Made by a program: the position numbers and the translations under genes. A stretch of DNA of 64,000 nt, from NCBI GenBank assembly GCA_012026655.1, contig JAAILG010001098.1, positions 1 through 64,000 on the forward strand, read 5' to 3'. The notes below the pieces were generated by a model. The model had not been told where the DNA came from and did no database searches. It was given only the letters and a program-made list of their open reading frames with translations. Source of the stretch: Hydrolagus affinis. Lineage: Eukaryota. Shown piece by piece: positions 1-11,165 of this stretch. Numbering within the stretch: position 1 is the stretch's first letter; the number at the start of each line of letters is the position of its first letter.

Positions 1-180
1 GTGAGGTAGTTGCGGAGCCTGGCAATATTGCGCAGGTGGAAATAAGCGGTGCCGGTTAAGGCGCGGATGTGGGGGAGGAAGGAAAGTTTTTGATCGAACA
101 TGATGCCGAGGTTCCTGATTGGCTTCGTGAGGTGGAGAGTGCAGCCTTGGATGTTGAGGCTGGCAGCGCCTGATGTTAGG
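1..180 (-). mobile_element. L2/CR1-group LINE ORF2 fragment (post-RT region)
   Basis: Minus-strand translation PIRNLGIMFDQKLSFLPHIRALTGTAYFHLRNIARLRNYL is a typical L2 ORF2 motif. Confidence 0.85.
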
Positions 181-199
181 TTATGGAGAGAGCCGGGCA

Positions 200-290
200 G
201 TGGGATTGAGTTGCTCTGTTCAAAGAGCCGGCACAGACTAGATGGGTCGAATGGCCTCCTTTTGTGCCGTATAATTCTACGGTTCTATGA
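200..290 (+). mobile_element. CR1-type LINE 3' end fragment
   Basis: gagccggcacagactagatgggtcgaatggcctcct...ttctacggttctatga matches the CR1 3' hairpin plus an 8-mer tail. Confidence 0.65.
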
Positions 291-701
291 AGTTTCTGGG
301 CTCAGAATGGGAAGATTTAAGATTACGTGGATGTTAGTGAATGGACCAACTAAAATTCCAATCTCCCTACACACCCTACCTGGATAACGCATCACCCAGA
401 AATGCCCAAACAAACCGGCCTATACCAGGGGCCGTCTCACAGCAACATTCTTGTGCCCAGTGATCAATCGAACCTCGATTGTTTCAATTATGGCCAATAT
501 AAATATTGACATTTGGAGCATTAAGAGATAACCCACTCACCACAACTTCAATCTCATGGGAGAAATCACATGGCCTAATGGGAGTGACACTGAATTCTAG
601 TTGTTTCGTCAAACAAAAGTAACGGCTCTAAATAATTAATCTCAAACAAAACTCTTGCGCGGAGGGGGTGGTGGGGGAAAGAAAACTTCCTCAGCATGCA
701 A

Positions 702-831
702 TCATGTACGTTTCCAAGCGTCCCTGCCAGCTGGATGAAGAAAGCAGTCAGGGATAGTATGAAACGACTCAATATCTGCAGGGGGAACGACAGCACAGCT
801 CTAAACTGCTTAGCTGTAACTTAACCTGCTA
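702..831 (-). ncRNA. SNORA63: H/ACA snoRNA, SNORA63/E3 family, in RPL35A intron 4
   Basis: Two hairpins (GCAGG...CCTGC; CGTTTC...GAAACG) and an ACA box at 705-707. Blocks GTCGTTCCCCCTGC and CAGGGACGCTTGG match human E3 as recalled. The 3' pocket is complementary to 28S CCAAGCGU-UC-AUAG. Confidence 0.88.
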
Positions 832-1067
832 TTAATAATAATAATCCTTACATCTTTATCTAGAATCCTCAACAATTATAATAAACTGCACACCAGCCAA
901 CCAGCAGGACTTCAATACCTAGTCAAGTAACTTCGCCCAAATCAGTTTACCTCATTTCATGGGCACCCAGCTCAATAGACTTCTTGGGATGAATTAACAT
1001 TAGGGAGGGCATCTGCTATCCAAGGCAAGGGAAAGGCCAGACTCGGTTGTAAAATCAGTAACCTATA

Positions 1068-1378
1068 GGGTAATAGTTAAGAGCACTCGCCTCGCGAGTG
1101 AGAGGATCTGGGTTCAAATCCTGGTAGGAGGAAACGTTGGCAAAGTTTTCTTACTCCAAATGCCTATGTTCACCTAACAGTGAATAGGAACCCGGGTACT
1201 AGTCGATCGATGGATCAAATTTCTGGGGCTAAAAATCCCTTCAAAATAAATCATTTGGTCACTCAATCTACAACCGCTTGTGGGATTCCGCTGTTCACAA
1301 TTGGCTGCTGCATTCCAAAATATATGGTCAATTCTCTTTACTCTATATTCTGTGAAGCGCTTTGTGGCGTCTCAAAGA
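1068..1378 (+). mobile_element. Diverged tRNA-derived SINE
   Basis: Box B GGTTCAAATCC, core ttggctgctgc, and tail ctgtgaagcgctttg shared with the other SINE copies. Confidence 0.7.
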
Positions 1379-1570
1379 TATACTTTGATTGGGTCACAAG
1401 CAAATAGCTGCTCACAGAGATATTGCAATGGGTAACCAGTGCTCTTGCATCATAAATTAACACACGTGACTGAAATTAGTAAAGAACCTCCTCCGAATCC
1501 AGCACAAAGAGACAAGGGAGAATATTCCCCTTTGAATGTTTTTGTCACAATAGCTTTGAAATCCACTCAC

Positions 1571-4500
1571 CACCCGGATTCTGTGTCCGATGGCCTTTGC
1601 GGGAAGGTTGCTTCTGAACTTGGCGCGGACCATTCCGCTGTTGCCATGAGCACGCGTTACCTTACCCCAGATGACACGAGTCTTGTTTGGTTTACCACCA
1701 GGGGTAACCGTGTTACTGTGAAAATGGAAACAATACTCAACAGGAGACAGCTCAAATCCCTTAATTAAGTTAACCTTGGTTATCCTGTTACTGACCATAC
1801 TCTAAAAAGAAAGGGAGTTGTCGCTGTCTCGAAGTGAGATTACAGAACAGGCTGCTGGAAACATTGTTGGTCTCCAAGGGTCCTGCCAACTGGAGGAGGA
1901 AAGCAGGCGGGGACAGTATGAAACAATTCAATCTCTGCAGACCACTTATCTGCTGAGCTGCAACTTAACCTGTAAACATCTAGTAAGTAAGCGTATTTTG
2001 CTTGTCAGAAGCTATTGCACCCAACAGTACTCAAGTAACAGTGCTAAGCGCTCTGGGACGCTAACCTGTGAGCAGGGCGCTAGGTGAATCAAGTTATATA
2101 AAGCAAGTCAGCCATTTATTTACACCAGCAGATGTATTACACAATACCAGCAGGCAGCAAACTGTTACTTCATGCTGGATCCCAAATATGATGTTCCCCT
2201 CAATGAAAAACTAAAAGATGGACGCGTTATATCATAGATATGACCATGTCTATTTGCGGACACAATATTCACACCTGCAGTAGGAAGTAGCCGTGGGTGG
2301 ATAAACTCACCCCCAGACATTTTGGTACAAAACGCAACCACGATTACGCCTGTTCCAAAACCAGTGATGCGAGGGCCGACTGTACACACGGTACAATCTG
2401 AGGCGTTCCATCGCTACAGAGAACAGTAGGGTCATGGAATATATACTCACTTCTTTGCTTTGTAGACGTAAGCACACTTCTTGCCCAAGTAGAAGTCGGT
2501 TTCATTGCGAGAGTACACGCCCTCAATCTTCAGGAGGGCGGTGTGTTCCCTCTGGTTGCGGAGGCCGCGCTTGTAGCCGCTAAACACAGCTTTGGACCAT
2601 AGTCTGCAGGAGGAGGGTAACATACAATCAACCCTGGATTCATCCTCAACAAACACACACATGAAAAGGCAGCATCGTCACCAATTCATATGCATTTCTA
2701 CCGCAACAGACGCAAGCTCTGGAGGGGGAACTACAGCAGTTACTCAATGTGAATAGAGTTGGGTCTACATACGGGCCCAAGGAAATGTTTAAAAATCCTT
2801 TTGGTTTCGGGCCCGGTGCTGGTTAGGGTTGAATTTCAGAAACTTGGGGAGTCCGTTTGTTACGGTCAGGTTTACTGTATGCTAATCCTTGCATTTGATA
2901 TTGTGCCTTTTTTTTTTGTCAGGCAGGTCTGTAACATAGTGTCTTCCTTATCACTTCAGTGAAACATCTCAAATAAGTTTTTTTTAATGTAAAATGTATT
3001 CACTATTTGTAGGTAAACCTGCACATGTAGCATACAGATGTTTTCAGTTGGGTTATTTTTGAGGCGACAGCTATATGGTGAACGCATTAAAGCATTGTTT
3101 ATTCCCAAGCGTCCCTGCCAGCTGGAGGAGGAAAGCAGTCAGGGATAGTATGAAACAATTCAATCTCTGCAGGGGGAACGACAGTAGAGCACGTATCTGC
3201 TCGGCTGTAACTTATCCTGCAAACACTAGCAAAGTGTTTTATCACAAACTTTTGCATCAGTGTACAGCAACAGTAAACATACATAAAGCAAATCAGCAGA
3301 AATGTTTAAAACAATGTGTGCGGTATTAAAAGCAAGACAAAGATGAATGAATCAAAGAGAAGGAATCAGGTCTTAAGGAGTAAGGTACCCTCCTCTCCCG
3401 GTGCAAATTACTTGGAACCATAGATTCAATGGGAAACACTTTAACAAAGATATGGGTTAGAATGGAAAGAGAACAGGCCTGTGGGAACAGAGAAGAAAGC
3501 CAAGATCTTACTAAGAAACTATTTCAGGGCTCCGAATACTGACCAACGGAAGTTGATTGCAAGATACCACACATTGATACTAAGCATTTGAGGCAGACGA
3601 ATGAGATAGAACTCGACAAAGGGGAAATTGAAAGTAAGGATGTTGGTAAACTCGTCCCTCAAGATGTTCAACGTGTGGCAGCAAACAAGATGCTGGATGA
3701 TCTAAACCAGTTCAATTTAGATCCTTAGAAGTCACACTCAAACAACAACAACAACAACAAATTACATTTGTGACGCTCTGGATACGCCGCACAAACAGTA
3801 GGTCTGGTTGTTGAAACTTAAAAGTATCAAGAAATAGAGGCCGGGATAAGAGTAATGATCTATGAGAACTAACTAAGAAGCTCATTGGCATAGGAATGTA
3901 GGATAATATGATTTTACAGTACAGTGGCCCACCGGGCCTGTGCCGGCTGTTTGAAAGAGCTACCAACTCCTCCCCGCTTACCCCGACTACAACAACAACA
4001 ACAACATTAAACGTGTATACAGCAGTGCCTTTCACGTCAGGAGGGTGTCCCAGGGCGCTGAACCAGCCCCACTCCCCCGCTCTTACCCCAACTAGTCCCC
4101 ACTCCCAAATGTGATCCCCAAATTATACTTTTAGACACGACTTGCGCCAGAAATTGCACCTGCATCGACAAGTCGGGATATCATTTCCTACAATTCAATA
4201 CAATAGTAAGGATGGGAGTAATGTGCGGTATTATAAATCAGTTGGCGATTAACATGAGAATGTGCAACCACGATCTTTACTGAATGGCGGGGCAGACTTG
4301 AGGGGCTGAATGGCTTACCCCTGCTCCTTATTCTTAAGTAAAGAGTAATCCTTGCATTTTTTGATATCGCGGCTTTTCACATCTTATGGACGCCTCAAAG
4401 CGCTTCACAGAATCCATTATAGAGTGATCTGACTGTATATTTGTGGGTGAAACGCGGCGGCCGATTGTCCACACACAAACAATCGTTTCGAGTGACCAAT

Positions 4501-5132
4501 TTATTATAGTTTCTTATTAGGGATTATTATTAGGTGTGTGTGTGTGTGTATGTTTGTCTGTGTGTGTGTGTGTGCGTCTGTCTGTGTGTGTGTGTGTGTG
4601 TGCACGTGTGGAGTAAGGGTTTGGCCCTCACCTGCCTTGAATTGAACCCCGAGTGTCACGCCTGTAAGGCGAGCGAGTGCTCTCACCCACTGAGCTACAG
4701 GGACCCCCCGCCCCCACAACAGCCTGGCCGACACAAGTGACATCTGCCTGTTCACTTGACTGGGTGGGGACAGGCCTCACACGTTTGGCCGTTTCAATAC
4801 CTGGCGCCTTAAAAAACACCTGATTTTAACAATAAATCCTCCCCCATAAAGATATTCTCACGTTTATATAACCCCCCCCCCCCCACCCCCCTCCACACAC
4901 ACACACACACACAGAGAAGGATCCTCACACATTGAGAAGTTAGCTTGATAGCCAGCCACCAAGGGGAGCTCTGAGGGAGGGGGAGGCCTCGCTTCTGTCT
5001 GGAGGCTGACCTGACACCGGGAGAATTAAAAAGCTTTTGCTGGAAGCCGAACCCTGAGCAAAGCCTGACCCCCCCCGCCCGCCTCCCCCCCACCTCCCCC
5101 CCACCCCCGCCAGATCCTTACCTTCCAGGCAT
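1571..5132 (-). CDS. RPL35A: 60S ribosomal protein L35a (eL33), spliced; last coding exon lies beyond the window start
   Basis: GT-AG coding exons: 5122-5132 (ATGCCTGGAAG, 11 nt), 2451-2603 (153 nt, [50 protein letters not shown]) and 1571-1715 (145 nt, [48 protein letters not shown]). The frame is continuous. The terminal MLYPSRI-type exon was not found in 1-1570. Confidence 0.97.
1862..1975 (-). pseudogene. SNORA63: Degenerate SNORA63/E3 copy in RPL35A intron 3
   Basis: Aligns to the other two copies and keeps ACA (1865-1867). It lacks 15 nt (ggggaacgacagtag on +) of the 5' hairpin and has GACCCTTGG in place of GACGCTTGG in the 3' guide. Confidence 0.75.
3093..3222 (-). ncRNA. SNORA63: H/ACA snoRNA, SNORA63/E3 family, in RPL35A intron 2
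   Basis: Minus strand GCAGGATAAGTTACAG...CTGTCGTTCCCCCTGCAGAGATTGAATTGTTTCATACTATCCCTG...CAGGGACGCTTGGGAATAAACA. ACA lies at 3096-3098, 14 nt from the top of the 3' pocket. Confidence 0.9.
4270..4336 (+). mobile_element. CR1-type LINE 3' end fragment
   Basis: gaatggcggggcagacttgaggggctgaatggcttacccctgctcc. A related inverted piece lies at about 38170-38235. Confidence 0.65.
4346..4708 (-). mobile_element. Full-length tRNA-derived SINE (Deu-domain-like core, L2-like tail, internal CA repeat)
   Basis: Minus head GTAGCTCAGTGGG (box A)...GGTTCAATTC (box B). The core and tail are shared with copies at 24.5, 28.0, 39.7 and 62.2 kb. Confidence 0.85.
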
Positions 5133-5403
5133 CGCGACGGTGCGAGGCTGAGTGGTCTCCAGCGGCGGCTCAACCTGGAGAGAGACAGACAGAGAGAGAG
5201 AGAGAGACACAGGTCAGTCAGGCAGGGCCCGGGCGGCACGATCCATTCAATATCACAGCCATCCGCACCCACGCGGGGCACGGGAGCACAGGTCTCGGGA
5301 CTCTGCACTCCCGAGCAACTATTCCCGTCGCGATGGCGGCCCGGAGCTGGCGGGTTGGACGCTATTTTAACGGGTTTAACCGGCGGCGGCGGCGGCCTCC
5401 GAC

Positions 5404-5434
5404 CTGGGGTAGGATCCAAGATGGACGAAAAGGG
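5404..5434 (-). promoter_or_regulatory. RPL35A: RPL35A non-coding exon 1 with 5'TOP/TCT-type start and YY1-like CCATCTT motif
   Basis: Minus strand reads CCCTTTTCGTCCATCTTGGATCCTACCCCAG|gtcgga within a CpG-rich island. The next exon, 5122-5174, has a ctctccag acceptor. Confidence 0.75.
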
Positions 5435-6108
5435 TGTCGCAAGGCTCGCCGGGAGTTTAGGTGCCCGCGGAGCCTGTCCCCCCCCCCTCCCACAAAGGCC
5501 CCCACCCCCCCCTCCCACAAAGGCCCCCACCCCCCCCCCCCACACACACACACGCGCGCGCGTCATCAGCAGCAGCATCGCTCAATTTATTTTAAAGAGT
5601 CGAATTAATTCAGACTTTCCTCTTAACTTTTTTTTAAAAAAAATTAAACGCCCCTCTCCCGCACCAACGAAGAAAACTATGATTTAAATTTTTTAAAATA
5701 AATAATAATAATTCAGGCAATGTAAGAAGACGAACGGTACCAAGCGCAGGACCCCCACAGCCACCAACCCGCCAAAAACTGTCGGCGGAAACAACAACAG
5801 CAGCTTCTGTGTGTGTGTGTGTGTGTGTCTGTGTGTGCACCCCCCCACACCCGGACTGACAATGTACACACCGCCAAACCCGGAGCTGGTCAGGTCTGTC
5901 TGTGTCTGTCTGTCTGTCTGGGGGGGGGGGGGGAGGGGACAGGCATGGCTGGAAGTGACCGTGTGTTTGCCGTCGCCAAGGCAACGCGCCCGCCCCACAC
6001 ACACACACTCACACACACTCCACCACAGCCGGGCTCTCACCCCTCCAGCCACATCCCTGATCAGATCAGAGCCTCACCGTGGCCGAGACACGAGCCATTC
6101 CTGGGGGG

Positions 6109-9100
6109 ATGTCCAGCCAGGAGTCCCGGGGGTCACAGGCCCAGCCCCAGGGGTCAGAGCCAGAGCCCCAGGGGTCAGAGCCAGAGCCCCAGGGGTCAGA
6201 GCCAGAGCCCCAGGGGTCAGAGCCAGAGCCTGAAGCCTCCCCCACGGAAGACGAGAACTCCATCCCCAGGTGATATATATATACAGTCGATCCCATTTCC
6301 ATTATATTCTGTGAAGCGGCTTTGAGACGTCTAGAATACATGGAAAGCGCTGTATCAAACGATTGTGACGATTATTATTATTATTATTATTCTTGTGTAA
6401 TTTGAAGGTGAACACAGCAGCCTGTCGTACAAATTGAAGTAAACGTTGAAACGGCTGCTCTGTTTGTCCTCACTTAATGATCGCAATACGGTTTTGCCCG
6501 TGTCGTCTCCTCAGAAGAATCAAAGAGATGGAGCCGCTCTCCCGGACCACCATCCTGCAGGTCACCACCGTGCTGAAGGAGTGCGTGGATCAGCTGGCCA
6601 TCCTGGGGTACATCATGCCCGTGTCCTACGACGAGAAATCAGACGTGGAGAACGTGGGTTAACATTAGATTCTGTGAGCCAGTAAATGAGCCAGTTTCGT
6701 TCGCGACGTTAACCTGTATTCTAGTTGTGTGTGATCTGAGAAGAGCGAGATGGAAATGGAACTGTAATCTAACCATTGTAAGATTCTAGAATGTGCCATT
6801 CTTTTCCCAGTGTTTAGAAATTCCTAACTGGAAATGATGTTTCTCAGTCCAGCAATAATAATATACAGTAGTTACAATGGGATTGAATTGCTCTTCAACA
6901 CTCCACTGAACTATTGAGAGAAACATCAGGACTTTCTCACTTTTAATAAATATCATGAAACTTCTGACGGAAAATGGGATTCACGTTGATAGGGTCCCCT
7001 CAGTCCTCACCTTCCTCCCCACCATCCTCAGTATCCAATGGATAATCTCCAGGGTGACCCCCACCACAAAGCATACATGTCCCTCCCCTCCCCTGTCAGC
7101 ATTACAAAGGGACCATTCCCTCCGTAACTCCCTGGTTCTCTCCTCCATCAACACCAACAGTTGCTCTCTTTCCCCCGGAACCTTCCAATGCCAGCGCAGG
7201 AGGCAATACCTGCCCTTCCACCTCTTCCCAGACCACCGTCCAGGGCCCATTTGTGCACCGAATGCAAGTGTCCCGTCAAATCGGCCGCCCAGTCTGTGTT
7301 TGGTCTCCCCAACGTAGAGGTGACCACATCGGTGAAGAGTGGCAGCAATAATACCACATTGGTGACAGTACCTGATCTACCGGATTCTTGCCATTTCAAC
7401 TCTCCTTCTCACTCGCAGTCTGACCTCTCCATCCACGATGGCCTTCGCTTTCTGTTTTTGTTTTTGATGTGATTATTACCCGTCTGGTAGGGGAGGACAA
7501 GATTGTGATACCCTACCGCAGGACAGCTTGCCGACACTAACTCGTGTCTTATTCTTATTTCCAGATTGTAGGGAGTGAAATCGACCAGATAGTCCTCAGC
7601 CAAAAGAGTTTGGAGTTCAAATATGACGATATCATGTTCTCGAAGAACATTGAGAAGATGTCTGGAATACTGAACGCAGTGCGAGTGGTAGAGCTGGGAG
7701 ATCAACTCCAGGAAACTTCCGGGGAGATAAAGAGAAACAATTGGCTTTTTAGTAACTCCTTCCAGAACAGCCCCGTGGCCCCTGATAATCTAATCAAAGT
7801 ACAAATGGACAGGTGAAACAACAACAGCGGCAGCAAAATTACACTTGTATAGCGCCTTCGAGGTCAGGCGGACGTGGAACACTGTTCAGTATTGTGCTCG
7901 GCTCTGACAAGGAGCACTTGGCTTCCATTGCGCTCAGAAACAACACATTTGCTTGGCACTGATTGAGTACTTAACAGTTTCTCTTGTAAGATCAAATCTG
8001 CCCTCAGACCGTTGTCAAGAAGTTTGCACGAATGTCCCAGCCGATCAGGCTTAAGCAATTAACAGTAACGTGTATGTCCAGGCACTGACTGTGATTGTAT
8101 TGGCTGGTGTGGGCAGTTGGTGTCTCCAATGGGAGAGTAGGGGAGAGTCGCTCTGCTCTGCTTCTCTAACCAGGCTTGTTCTCTTGTAATAACAGGCAGG
8201 TTGCAATGGATGTGGTGACTGACACTTTGCATGAGATCAGGACTTCTGGAACGTTCCTGACTCTCATCCACGCTGTCCAGTTTGAGAACGAGAAGAAAAC
8301 CAACAACCAGAACACTATTATCAGGTGACTGCCGCCAGCCCGACTGCTCCTGTTGCCCAACTCTGGCACCCACTGACGTGTGTGTGTTTGGTTTGACAGG
8401 GAGGAGGAAGGGAGGAAGAAAATCACAGTTCTGCAAAGACACCTGCAAGATATGAGACAAGAGAAGGAGACTGAGTTACAGGTTTGGAAATGTTTCACTG
8501 TTGTTATTCATTCTTTGTCTTGCATGTGCTTTACACATAATCCTTTACTGAGATATCAGATCAGAATTTTTGGCATATTTTAAAGAAAATCCAAAGGTAG
8601 CTTTTCATAAACTGTAGATCTCTACAGAACAAAAATAGTTCCTGCTCTATGTTGAATTATTTGATGTTGGTTCAGCATTTGTAGGGATAGTACAATTGTC
8701 CCAAAGGCCCTAGATTAGGGAGGTAAAATTTGACTATAAATACTACTCATGCTTGGTGCTGAGGACAATGTGGAGATTGGGTAAGGACAGGATTGGCTTG
8801 GCTTCGATGCCCTCCATGGTCGAGTATCATTTCTGACCAAACTCTCATATGAGTCAGGAACATGTAAAGGTGCTGCAGAACAACTTGGGTCGAACAAAAA
8901 GTTGGGAGGGGGGGAAATAATCAAATGAATAACAGATGTTGTTTTAATGGAATCTGACTGAGATGCCCAACCTCGCAGTCTACAATAATATGGTTTATTG
9001 TCTTGTTTATTATTTGTCTTGTTTTAATTTCAGAGAGCGCAGAGCAGCTGAAAATTCACCCAATCTGAATCTAGTTCCCAAGGGCAAATTTACCCCTCCC

Positions 9101-10831
9101 CGAAAGACTTGCCATCAGATTCCAGGGATGAAATATACAGCCTCGTTGTTAAGGCTGGTGTGAATCCAGGCAGATAGCTGTTGGGCAGGGGTGTGTAGAC
9201 ATCCTGAAACACGTTTAACTGTCAGCACTTGTATTTTCTGTCTCTGATTAGCGCAAAGATGAGATTATTGCCCATCTAAAAGACCAATTACAAGAGATGA
9301 AAGCAAAAACCAACATGGAAAGGAAATACATGAAGAAGAACGCAGAACTTCAGGTCCTCCAAACACAAAAGAAATGTGCACAGAACGAACAGCAGCTGCA
9401 GGACGATCTTGAGGTCAGGAGGAGAAATAATAAGAGTCTTTGCGCATGACAGAGTGCCTCGTTATACAGTGAGGACATCGCCAGTGAATTAATGTTTCCT
9501 CTTCTCTCCAGCTCCTGAAAAACAAAACTGATCAAGAGATTCGCGTACATTTGGAGATTGAGAATTTCCTGAAGCAGCACCAGACAGTAAGTGGGAGAAA
9601 CATTCTGTTGGTGCCTAAAGTGGGAGACTGAGCAACGTATTTAATACAGCTTGGAAATATGTGTATCTTAATCCGACTCAATGATGAGGTGCTGTGTGGT
9701 TCCGAGACCTTCCTTGACTGCCCTTTTGCTCTTTCCCAAACAGGAAATGGAGGAAAACTTGGAGCACTGGATGGAGAAGTACGATAAGGATACCGACGCC
9801 AAACAATTGGAACTTAATTTTCTGAAAATCACAAAGTCAAATGATGTGGAACGCCTCAAGAACCTCTCTGCCAAGGTAACATCGCCAGATGGACTGCCGT
9901 GCGATCAGGAATCCTGTCACCCTGCCAAACTTCTCTGCCAGTTTGGTGGTTTGTGGAGGTCAGATACAGACACGGTCGTCAGCCTTGCTGGTGATGTTAT
10001 CTTGAACATTCTCTTAGCCCTCACTGGCAGTTCTCAAACATGTCCCCCAAATCCCCCACTGCTTGTCTAGCGAGGACATTACTGTATTATGTTATTCACT
10101 AGGAAATTATTATATTATGTTTCTTTCTGTTCTTTTAGTACTTGATGAGTGAGCAAGTAATAATCGAGGATAGGATTGAAAGGGAGAATGAGCATAAGAG
10201 ACGAATTCAGGAGGACACAGAGCTTCACGCCATTATTAAGGTAAGTGAACTCCAAATAATTGTATCCGTGCTTCTCAGTGTTTTGGTTGAAATGCAAAAA
10301 GTGACATTGTTTCTGTGTGTGTGTTACCAAAACAAAATCTAAATATCTCCCGTTGCTGAAGTGGCCAGTTAGTGCTGAGGAACCACTAAAACTGAATGAT
10401 CAGGTCAGATACTGAGGAGTTCTCGTTACATTCCAGTAACGTGCTGCCCAAATATCAAAAGCAAAGTGGAAACTTAAAGGATTAAAATATCCAAGCAGCG
10501 GACAGTGGTGTATTTTCAGGACCCAAGGGTTAGAGGTAAACTGGACCATGATTAGCAATGTAGTAGTTGTTCGATTCCTGATTTGGAATTCTCGCAGCAG
10601 TAAAAATAAATATAATGGTGCAATTAATCCAGGATTTATCTGGACTTAGAAGATCTCTGATCCTCCTCCGACTCACCTCGTCTCTTGCAGCTCCAGTCAT
10701 GGTGGCGAGGGGAGATGGTCCGGAGAGGGATTGGAAACACGAAGCTCAAGAAAGCCAAGAAAGGAAAAGATGACAAAGCGAAAGGAAGAGGGAAAGGAAA
10801 GGGGAAGGATAAAGGGAAGAAGAAAAAGTGA
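6109..10831 (+). CDS. IQCG: IQ domain-containing protein G / dynein regulatory complex subunit 9, about 456 aa
   Basis: Phase-consistent GT-AG exons: 6109-6269, 6515-6653, 7565-7812, 8196-8324, 8400-8481, 9252-9413, 9512-9586, 9744-9875, 10139-10240, 10691-10831 (1371 nt). Features include coiled-coil [24 protein letters not shown], the IQ motif [15 protein letters not shown] and a Lys/Gly-rich tail. The first exon and start codon are less certain. Confidence 0.93.
6124..6230 (+). repeat. 21-bp coding minisatellite, (PQGSEPE)n
   Basis: CCCCAGGGGTCAGAGCCAGAG occurs 4 times perfectly (6145-6228) plus one degenerate upstream unit. Confidence 0.95.
6965..7445 (+). mobile_element. Decayed Penelope-like retroelement fragment in an IQCG intron
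   Basis: Peptide remnants [12 protein letters not shown]...[19 protein letters not shown]...[10 protein letters not shown] and [13 protein letters not shown] are typical of the RT-to-GIY-YIG linker and endonuclease end of chondrichthyan Penelope elements. The copy is frameshifted and deleted. Confidence 0.75.
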
Positions 10832-11165
10832 AGCTGTGTCTTCATATTTCAGCATTTTTGTTTCTTTTCTGTTCTGTTAAAACTTAGTTGTTTTGCTGAA
10901 AAGTTTAAAGATGGACCATCCGAAAACCAAATTGATTTTTACATCTCACTCACATTGTAAACTGCAATGAGCAACATGTCAATGTCAAATTCTAGAAACA
11001 AAAACTTTAGCCAATGAGAAAATCACAGCTCGATGTCTCAATACCAGCAGCTGACCATTTGCTCATTGGTCTTCAGCCCGGATTGTTTATTGTTTATGCC
11101 ATTTCTTTCCTCCAGTTTTTTCATTCGTTTTACTGTTTAGTTTTTTCCCTGATATTTCCTTAAGG

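Noticed and set aside
6124-6230. CRISPR-like or prokaryotic repeat array
   Set aside because: The units are contiguous with no spacers, the context is eukaryotic, and no cas genes are present.
4940-6341. Long overlapping ORFs (up to 212 aa) in the GC-rich island
   Set aside because: They arise from high GC, dinucleotide repeats and the 21-bp minisatellite. Only the 6109 frame splices into IQCG.
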